Source of the DNA: Candidatus Krumholzibacteriia bacterium
Lineage (GTDB): Bacteria; Krumholzibacteriota; Krumholzibacteriia; LZORAL124-64-63
DNA length: 12,641 nt
Direction: 5' to 3'
Assembly (NCBI GenBank): GCA_046484865.1
Contig: JAWOID010000031.1
Coordinates: 1-12,641 of the forward strand
Positions 6,636 through 12,641 of this stretch are shown here, piece by piece (the first letter of the stretch is position 1; each line of letters begins with the position of its first letter). The notes under the pieces were generated by a model. The model saw only the letters and a program-made list of their open reading frames with translations. It searched no databases and had not been told where the DNA came from. The position numbers and the translations under genes were made by a program.

Positions 6636-7349
6636 TCAGAAGAGATGCTGGCCGTCGGCGAGGATCTCGTTCAGGGCGTCCCGGAAGTGAGTGGTGCCGT
6701 TGGCGGCCTCCTCGCCCACCTTCTCCTTGTAGAGTTCCCAGGACTTCTTGATCTCGGGACCCAGCGACGCCAGCAACGTGCCATCCGTGAGGGCCGCATC
6801 ACGGCGCTCGCGGTTGTAGACGAGGATGTCCGACACGAGGGCCCGGGCCAGCATCCGCGCCTTGTCGCGGTCGCGTCGACGCGTGGGCCGGGCGGTCTCC
6901 TCTTCCTCCGCCACGGCGGTCGCGGTGGCGGTGCCGACGGCGGTCGTGGTCGCCGCGGTGGCGGTCCCGGTGGACGCGGTGGCGGTCTCCAGGGCCTTGG
7001 CGCTCCCGGCAACGCACGGTTGCGGGGCGGGATGGCTCTCCCCCTGCAGCAGGTCCTCGCTCGCCGCGCGACCGATCGGCGGCGCAGGGTCCGACTCGGC
7101 GGCACGGCGCACCGGCCGTTCTCCCGGGCCGAGATCCACGGAGAAGCTCCGCGCAACCCGCCCCGAGGCCGCTGCGGTGTCCTGCACGGCGGCCGCTCCC
7201 ACCAGCACAGGCGCCTCGAGGTCGTCACAGGTCCCGTCCAGGGTGAACACCTGGGCGCAACCGGGGCAACGCACGCGAATGACGCGCCGCGGGACCTTCT
7301 CCCGGTCGAGGCGGTAGCGGGTCTGGCAACCGGTGCACGTGGTGATCAT
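6636..7349 (-). CDS. MJ0042-type zinc-ribbon protein with Ala/Thr-rich linker and RomX-like C-terminal domain
   Basis: 237 aa from ATG 7349 (SD AGGAGAGG). N-terminus MITTCTGCQTRYRLD...VRCPGCAQVF carries two CxxC motifs. A low-complexity linker leads to the C-terminal KARMLARALVSDILVYN...EIKKSWELYKEKV...FRDALNEIL. Confidence 0.85.
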   Translation of the reverse strand: MITTCTGCQTRYRLDREKVPRRVIRVRCPGCAQVFTLDGTCDDLEAPVLVGAAAVQDTAAASGRVARSFSVDLGPGERPVRRAAESDPAPPIGRAASEDLLQGESHPAPQPCVAGSAKALETATASTGTATAATTTAVGTATATAVAEEEETARPTRRRDRDKARMLARALVSDILVYNRERRDAALTDGTLLASLGPEIKKSWELYKEKVGEEAANGTTHFRDALNEILADGQHLF

Positions 7350-7362
7350 GAGCGACTTCCTC

Positions 7363-7387
7363 TCCTGGGCGGCTGTCCTGGGCGGCT
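7363..7387 (-). repeat. 12-bp tandem duplication in the 5' leader
   Basis: AGCCGCCCAGGA occurs twice on the minus strand with a 13-nt period. The second copy runs into the SD. Confidence 0.7.
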
Positions 7388-7435
7388 TTTTGCCCCCATC
7401 GTGCAGCACCGGCTCGGGCCGGCCCGTCACCGCCA

Positions 7436-7463
7436 TGATCGACGCGTCCTCCTCGCGCTTTAG
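7436..7463 (-). promoter_or_regulatory. Putative sigma28-type promoter for the zinc-ribbon/RomX-like gene
   Basis: Minus strand cTAAA-N15-GTCGATCA. 16 nt are identical, at identical spacing, to the site at 2605-2632. Confidence 0.7.
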
Positions 7464-7525
7464 CCCGAGAATGCCGCACTCCGGGGGGGACGCCCGATCG
7501 CCGAGCTTCCCGCCGGCACCCCCGC

Positions 7526-9616
7526 TCAGCCGGCCACCGGCGGCAGCAGATCACCCCAGATCCGCTCCAGGCTGCGCCGTACGGTATTGCCCACCGGCGT
7601 CGCCAGGTCAGGGTCGCGTTCGAGCAGCGTCGCCACGTCCTCGGCGCAAGCCCGCGCCACGTCGCGGTCGCGCAGCGGATTGGCGAGTCGCAGATCCGGC
7701 AGTCCGTGCTGACGCACACCCCAGACGTCGCCGGGGCCCCGGCGGCGGAGGTCCTCTTCCGCCAGGGCGAAGCCGTCGTCGTGGGCGGCGAAGTACCGCA
7801 GACGCTCGCCCGTCTCCTCCGGCAGCGCGCCGTCGCAGATGAGGTAGCACACGGCCTGCTGGCCGGCACGGCCCACCCTGCCCCGCAGCTGATGCAGCTG
7901 CGCCAGACCGAAGCGATCGGGATGATGCACGACCATGAAGCCGGCGCGCGGCACGTCGATGCCCACCTCCACCACGGTCGTGGCGACCAGGACATCCAGC
8001 TCGCCGCCGGCGAAGGCGTTCATCACGGCCTCCTTCTCGCGCGCCGGCAGCTTGCCGTGCAACAGCCCCGCCCGCCGGCCGGCGAACGGACCGGTCGACA
8101 GCCGCTCGTACTCCGCCGTGGCCGCCTTGAGGTCCTGGCCCTCCGTCTGCGTGATCACCGGGAAGACGACGAAGCCCTGCTCGCCCGCGTCCAGGCGCCG
8201 GCAGCAGGCGTCGTACACCGCCGATTCCCGCCCGGCCGGCACCAGTCGCGTGTGCACGGGCCGGCGCCCGGAAGGTTTCTCGTCGAGCACGGAGAGGTCG
8301 AGGTCGCCGTAGAGGGTGAGCGCCAGGCTGCGGGGGATCGGCGTGGCGCTCATGACGAGCACGTGCGCGAGCCCCTCGCCGTCGCCGCCGCGAGCCGTCC
8401 GGCCGCGCTGACGGACGCCGAAGCGGTGCTGCTCGTCGACGACGGCCAGGGCGAGCCGAGGCAGCTGGACCTGTTCGTCGAGGACGGCGTGCGTGCCCAC
8501 CAGCAGCTGGAGGTCCCCCGCGCCGGCGCCGGCCAGGATGCGCCGCCGCTCGGCGGCGCGGGTGGCGCCGGTGAGCACCTCCACACTCACGCCGAGCGGC
8601 GCGGTCAGCCGGCGTATCGTGTCGCCGTGCTGTCGCGCGAGCACCTCCGTGGGCGCCAGGAACAGCGCCTGGTAACCCTGCTCCACCACGAAGAGCGTGG
8701 CCAGCAGCGCGACCAGCGTCTTCCCCGAGCCCACGTCTCCCTGCAGCAGGCGGTGCATCAGCCGGCCCGAGCGCAGATCGGCGAGGATCTCCGCGAGCAC
8801 CCGGCGCTGGGCGGCGGTGAGCCGGAACGGGAGGCCCTCCACCAGCCGCCGGGTGAGATCGCCCGGACGGGCCAGCGCCACGCCCGCCTCGCGCCGCCGC
8901 CCGTTGCGGCGCAATCCCATGAGCAGCTGCACCCAGAACAGTTCCTCGTACACCAGACGTCGGCGGGCGCTCTCCTGCTCCGCGGCGCTGGCGGGGAAGT
9001 GGATGCCGCGCAGGGAATCGCCGCGCGACACCAGGCCCCGGGCGTCGAGGAATTCCGCCGGCAAGCCGTCGGGCTCGGCGTCAGCGAACTGGTCCAGCGC
9101 CCGGTGGACGAGTTCACGCAGCCAGTGCTGCCCGACGCCGTGGGTGAGCGCGTAGACCGGCACGAGACGCCCGGTGTGCAGCGCCGCACCGGCGGCGTCG
9201 AGGACCTCGTAGTCGGGATGCGCGAGCTGCCGCCGGCCCTCGTGGAGTCGTACCACGCCGCTGGCCATCACCCTCTGCCCGGCGCGAAACTGCTTCAAGA
9301 GGTGGCGCTGGTTGAACCAGACGCAGAACAGGACGCCGGTGTCGTCGCGCAGGCAGACGGTCTGCAACCGGGCCCCGGTGCGGGTGCGCCGCTCGCCGCA
9401 GGTGAGGACCTCACCCAGCACGGTCGCGTCCTGACCCGAACGCAGGCGCCCGATGGGTGTGCTCACGCTGCGATCGAAGTAGCGCCTCGGGTAGTGGGCC
9501 AGGAGATCCGCCACCGTCTCGATCCCCAGACGCGCCAGGGCGCGGGCCCGCACCGGACCCACGCCCCTGAGGAACTGCACGGGCGATTGCAGATCGAGCC
9601 GGGGAACGGTCGTCAT
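7526..9616 (-). CDS. recG: ATP-dependent DNA helicase RecG
   Basis: 696 aa with an N-terminal wedge/OB region, LLQGDVGSGKT, DEQHRFGV, MSATPIPRSL, QLHQLRGRVGR and the TRG motif DGFALAEEDLRRRGPG. Confidence 0.98.
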   Translation of the reverse strand: MTTVPRLDLQSPVQFLRGVGPVRARALARLGIETVADLLAHYPRRYFDRSVSTPIGRLRSGQDATVLGEVLTCGERRTRTGARLQTVCLRDDTGVLFCVWFNQRHLLKQFRAGQRVMASGVVRLHEGRRQLAHPDYEVLDAAGAALHTGRLVPVYALTHGVGQHWLRELVHRALDQFADAEPDGLPAEFLDARGLVSRGDSLRGIHFPASAAEQESARRRLVYEELFWVQLLMGLRRNGRRREAGVALARPGDLTRRLVEGLPFRLTAAQRRVLAEILADLRSGRLMHRLLQGDVGSGKTLVALLATLFVVEQGYQALFLAPTEVLARQHGDTIRRLTAPLGVSVEVLTGATRAAERRRILAGAGAGDLQLLVGTHAVLDEQVQLPRLALAVVDEQHRFGVRQRGRTARGGDGEGLAHVLVMSATPIPRSLALTLYGDLDLSVLDEKPSGRRPVHTRLVPAGRESAVYDACCRRLDAGEQGFVVFPVITQTEGQDLKAATAEYERLSTGPFAGRRAGLLHGKLPAREKEAVMNAFAGGELDVLVATTVVEVGIDVPRAGFMVVHHPDRFGLAQLHQLRGRVGRAGQQAVCYLICDGALPEETGERLRYFAAHDDGFALAEEDLRRRGPGDVWGVRQHGLPDLRLANPLRDRDVARACAEDVATLLERDPDLATPVGNTVRRSLERIWGDLLPPVAG

Positions 9617-9648
9617 GACTCACCCGGGGCTGCCCGGCCGCCGCCGTC

Positions 9649-11142
9649 TCAGCGGACGCGCTTGAAGAAGTGCACGTAGCCTCGGGACGCGAGGGCCGGG
9701 GTGACGTCCTGCGGCTTCAGCGCGGCGATGGCGGAACGCAGTGGTTCCACCATGTCGCCGGGAGACACCCAGCCGACATCGCCGCCGGTGGCGGCGGTGG
9801 AACCCACGGAGAAGCGCGTGGCCAGCGCGGCGAAGTCCTCCCCGCCGGCCAGGGCCCGCTCCACCTGGTCGGCGCTCGACGAGTCCGCCACCACGATGTG
9901 CAGCAGGTGGACCTTGCCCTCGCTGCTGGACGCGGCGGCCCTGGCGACCTGCGCCTGGAGTCGCTCTGCCCAGGCACCGAGCTGGTCGCCCGCCTCCTGG
10001 CGTTCGGTGAGCGGCCGGACCACTTCCAGGGCATCCTCCTCGCGACCCAGGCTCTCGAGGATCTGGGCCTGGGCCACGCGGGCGCTCAGAAGGTCGGGAT
10101 CGAGTTCGGTCGCCCGCCGCAGCTTCTCCAGCGCCTCCACCCGCCGGCCCTGGCGATCCAGGTGAATGCCGTAATTGAGATACCCGGTCGCGTCGTCCGG
10201 CTCCAGCGCCACGTAGGCCTCGAACTGGCGTTCTGCGCCCTCGGTGTCCCCCAGGACCTCCAGAACGTTGGCGAGATGGAAGCGATGGCGCGGCGTCTCC
10301 GGGTCGAGTTCCACGGCCCGCTGCAACGCCGTCCGGGCCGACTCCGGCCGATCGGCGGCGAAGAAGGCCTGGCCGAGTCCGTTGTACGACATTCCGTTCG
10401 GCTCCCGGCGCACCGCCCGCCGCCCGTACTCGATAGCGGCCTCGGGCTGCCGCGCCAGGATCGAGAGTTCGGAGGCCACCACCAGGTCCTCAGCCGTCGG
10501 CTCGGCGCGCTCCAGGGCATCGTTCCAGTGTTGCAGCGACTGTTTCCACAGTCCCTTGCGACGGGTCAGATCCGCCAGCAGCCGGTGCACCCAGGCGTCG
10601 TCCGTTCCCTGCAACCGCAGCTGGCTCAGCAGCCCGTAGGCCTTCTCGTGATGACCGCGGTCGAGCGCCAGCTTGGCCATTCCCTCGAGCAGGCCGATGT
10701 GCTGCGAGGAGATCCGCAGTCCCGCCTCCCACTGGGCCTCGGCCGCCGCCGCGTCGCCAGCGCGCAGCAGAGCGCGCCCGTGCCAGTAGCGGGCGTCGGG
10801 ATCCTGCGGATCCTGCGCCACCGCACGTTCGCCGTACCGCCGCGCCGCATCGATATCGCCGAGTTGCACCGCCGCAGCGGCCAGCGGCACCAGGATCTCG
10901 GTCCGCTCGCCGCTCTCGGCGAGACAGCGTTCCAGCAGCGGGCGCGCCTGTTCCAGCTCGTGGCGCGCGAAGTGCTGCAGGCCGAGGGTGCAGGGCCCCT
11001 CCTGGACTTCCTCGCGCACGAGGGGCACCTGTGCCGCGGCAAGGCCGGCGTTCGCCAGCCAGCCGCAGGAGCACGCGAGCGACACGGCGATCAGCGCCCG
11101 GGACAGCGGTCGCGCGCCACGGCTGGAGACGAGTGGGATCAC
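9649..11142 (-). CDS. Exported TPR protein with C-terminal parvulin (PpiC/rotamase) domain
   Basis: GTG 11142 follows SD AGGAG at 5 nt; 497 aa. It has a signal-peptide-like N-terminus ending AAA-Q, many TPR units, and a C-terminal VHLLHIVV...GEDFAALATRFS...GGDVGWV...GYVHFFK. Confidence 0.88.
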   Translation of the reverse strand: MIPLVSSRGARPLSRALIAVSLACSCGWLANAGLAAAQVPLVREEVQEGPCTLGLQHFARHELEQARPLLERCLAESGERTEILVPLAAAAVQLGDIDAARRYGERAVAQDPQDPDARYWHGRALLRAGDAAAAEAQWEAGLRISSQHIGLLEGMAKLALDRGHHEKAYGLLSQLRLQGTDDAWVHRLLADLTRRKGLWKQSLQHWNDALERAEPTAEDLVVASELSILARQPEAAIEYGRRAVRREPNGMSYNGLGQAFFAADRPESARTALQRAVELDPETPRHRFHLANVLEVLGDTEGAERQFEAYVALEPDDATGYLNYGIHLDRQGRRVEALEKLRRATELDPDLLSARVAQAQILESLGREEDALEVVRPLTERQEAGDQLGAWAERLQAQVARAAASSSEGKVHLLHIVVADSSSADQVERALAGGEDFAALATRFSVGSTAATGGDVGWVSPGDMVEPLRSAIAALKPQDVTPALASRGYVHFFKRVR

Positions 11143-11226
11143 GTTGGCTCCTGAGGTTGCCGGCCGGTGCAGTCGCGGCCGGAATGTCGTGCCGGCGGAC
11201 CGCGCCGCCCCCATCCATATCGCGGG

Positions 11227-11253
11227 TCAACTGCGGCGTCAATCGGCCGATAG
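11227..11253 (+). promoter_or_regulatory. Putative sigma28-type promoter for the second receiver gene
   Basis: TCAA-N15-GCCGATAG matches TAAA-N15-GCCGATAA at 3/4 and 7/8 positions. Confidence 0.65.
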
Positions 11254-11329
11254 GACCCGGAAAGGAAACGTCGGGTGGTCGCACTGGTTCCCGCCGGGAA
11301 CCCGGACGGCCCGGTTCAGGAGGCGACCG

Positions 11330-11728
11330 ATGCCAGCGGAACCCACATCTCCGCTCGTGCTCGTGGTGGAGGACGACCCCGATCTGCGCCGGGTGGTGTG
11401 CTTGCAACTCACCGCGTCCGGCTTCGCCGTGGCCGAGGCGGGCGATGGAGAGGCCGGTTTCGCCCGGCTGCAAGACTGTCGCCCCGCCTGCGTCATCACC
11501 GATCTGATGATGCCCGCGCTGGACGGCTTCGGGCTCCTCAAGCGGATCCGCACCATCGACGCCCTCAGCGACCTCCCGGTGCTCGTCCTCACCGCCTCCG
11601 CGGACGACCGCTGCCGCCTGCGCAGCTTCCAGTACCGTGCCGACGCCTACCTCGGCAAGCCCTTCGACCTCGCCGAGCTGACCGCGACGGTGTGCCGCCT
11701 GTGCGCCGACTCGCAGCCGGTCGCCTGA
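11330..11728 (+). CDS. Single-domain response regulator (receiver)
   Basis: 132 aa, ATG after SD AGGAGG. VLVVEDD, TDLMMP, VLVLTA and YLGKPF are all intact. Confidence 0.92.
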   Translation: MPAEPTSPLVLVVEDDPDLRRVVCLQLTASGFAVAEAGDGEAGFARLQDCRPACVITDLMMPALDGFGLLKRIRTIDALSDLPVLVLTASADDRCRLRSFQYRADAYLGKPFDLAELTATVCRLCADSQPVA

Positions 11729-11803
11729 CCGTCGCCGTCAGCGCCGACCTGCGGCTCCCGGCTACCGCCGGGCGTCAGCAGCCCGCACGCTCCCGGCCGG
11801 CAC

Positions 11804-11843
11804 CCTGCCCGGTCCTGCCCGGTCCGGCCCGGTCCCGCCTGGC
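11804..11843. repeat. 10-bp tandem repeat x4 (CCNGCCCGGT)
   Basis: cctgcccggt cctgcccggt ccggcccggt cccgcctggc, intergenic. Confidence 0.75.
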
Positions 11844-11880
11844 GCCGGGAGAGCCCGCGGCATAACCTTCGTCGCAGGGA

Positions 11881-11923
11881 CCGCGGTCGCCGCCCTGGAC
11901 AGTCCGGGCGACGACGGCCGCGG
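11881..11923 (+). other. Stable hairpin upstream of queD
   Basis: Nested stems CCGCGGTCG/CGGCCGCGG, CGCCC/GGGCG and GGA/TCC. Confidence 0.5.
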
Positions 11924-11948
11924 CGCGAGCGGTCAGCGAGGTCTCGAC

Positions 11949-12308
11949 GTGCCGTTCCGGATCACCAAGTCGTTCGTCTTCGATGCCGCGCACTGGCTGC
12001 CGCGCGTCCCCGAGGGACACAAGTGCGGCCGCCTGCACGGACACACCTACCGGGTGACGCTGACCCTGACCGGCGAGTTGCACCCGGAACTCGGCTGGAT
12101 CGAGGACTTCGGCGCCGTCAAGGAGGCGTTCGCACCGCTGCGCGAGCAGCTGGATCACCGGTGTCTCAACGAGGTCCCGGGCCTCGAGAACCCCACGGCC
12201 GAGGTGCTCGCGCGCTGGATCCACGAGCGGCTGGCCGGACGCCTCCCCCAGCTGGCGGAGGTCACCGTCGCCGAGACGCCCGACAGCGCCGCCGTCTACC
12301 GCCCCTGA
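11949..12308 (+). CDS. queD: 6-carboxy-5,6,7,8-tetrahydropterin synthase QueD
   Basis: 119 aa, GTG start after GAGG. Motifs FDAAH, KCGRLHGHTY (CxxxHGH), LDHRCLNEV and LENPTAE. Confidence 0.96.
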   Translation: MPFRITKSFVFDAAHWLPRVPEGHKCGRLHGHTYRVTLTLTGELHPELGWIEDFGAVKEAFAPLREQLDHRCLNEVPGLENPTAEVLARWIHERLAGRLPQLAEVTVAETPDSAAVYRP

Positions 12309-12381
12309 GACGGATCGCGGCAGTTCGACGGCGAACCGGCCGCCGGGACGGACTCCTCGGCGCGACCGCGGGTGAGTTCGT

Positions 12382-12641
12382 TCACGGCCACCTGACCGCC
12401 ACGACCGTGCTTCGCGGCACCCAGCCGACCCACTCGCCGCCCAGGCTGATCCGTTGCCAGCCGCTCTGCTCCCCGCGCAGATCCACGGCCAGCCCGTCGT
12501 GCACGCGGAACACCACCGGGAAGCTCTCCTGGGGCCCGGAACGGACCTCCACCTCGGCGGCCACCACCACGCCCAGTCGCCTAAAAGCCGCTGGCAGGGC
12601 CGGCTTGAAATGTTGGACGACTGGACAAGCAGCCACCCGAT
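12382..12641 (-). CDS. 3' fragment encoding a bacterial SH3 (SH3b) domain, BatE-like C-terminus; 5' part missing or interrupted
   Basis: GVVVAAEVEVRSGPQESFPVVFRVHDG...GWQRISLGGEWVGWVP fits the SH3b pattern (vRsGP, GW, GWv). Codons upstream of about 12573 are atypical for this genome. Confidence 0.7.
   Translation of the reverse strand, partial: RVAACPVVQHFKPALPAAFRRLGVVVAAEVEVRSGPQESFPVVFRVHDGLAVDLRGEQSGWQRISLGGEWVGWVPRSTVVAVRWP
12573..12624. repeat. 52-bp imperfect palindrome at an apparent junction
   Basis: CCAGTCG (12573-79) pairs with CGACTGG (12618-24), and AAGCCG (12585-90) pairs with CGGCTT (12601-06). Confidence 0.65.

Noticed and set aside
7350..7436. Longer start (ATG 7436) for the zinc-ribbon protein
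   Set aside because: That ATG overlaps the predicted sigma28 -10 box. MJ0042-type ribbons normally begin a few residues after the initiator Met, and ATG 7349 has a good SD.
895..11154. Very long antisense or alternate-frame ORFs (895..3090 5' part, 4032..5648, 4436..6751, 7706..9679, 9670..11154 and others)
   Set aside because: These are shadows of GC3-biased real genes with no recognisable motifs. Track ORFs 895..3090, 3118..4704, 4931..6046 and 10988..11728 are over-extended versions of real shorter genes.
11870..11948. preQ1 riboswitch upstream of queD
   Set aside because: It lacks the short stem plus A-rich 3' tail of preQ1-I. Only a generic GC hairpin is present.
12576..12611. 36-nt GTCGCC...GGCTTGAAAT resembling a CRISPR repeat
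   Set aside because: It is a single copy with no cas gene in the window, and it forms part of a larger palindrome extending into the would-be spacer. It cannot be fully excluded without sequence beyond 12641.

Overview
High-GC (roughly 70%) bacterial chromosomal window. It has 13 credible CDSs, two of them cut by the window edges. I see no rRNA, tRNA, CRISPR array or transposase. Gene order: a short sigma-70-family factor lacking region 1.1 (-, absent from the ORF track; its KFISYAVWWIRQSI motif suggests an FCB-superphylum host, by inference), secreted DUF4139 protein (-), CheY-like receiver (+), uppP (-), cytoplasmic TPR protein (-), a degenerate MglA-like GTPase (-), a 146-aa hypothetical (+), a zinc-ribbon protein whose C-terminal domain resembles Myxococcus RomX (-), recG (-), an exported TPR-parvulin protein (-), a Cys-rich receiver (+), queD (+), and an SH3b/BatE-like 3' fragment (-). 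Three signals stand out. (i) A candidate divergent cell-polarity module: a MglA-like pseudo-GTPase, a RomX-like fusion and a TPR protein, with no MglB or RomR in view. (ii) A readable regulatory layer: three sigma28-type promoters (two share CTAAAGCGC-N9-GCGTCGA exactly), two sigma54-type promoters each with an IHF-like dyad and an upstream enhancer-like repeat (one drives the sigma factor), and a leaderless sigma70 promoter. (iii) A 52-bp palindrome and codon-usage break that appears to interrupt the last gene at the right edge. All family calls rest on motif recognition from memory, not database searches.
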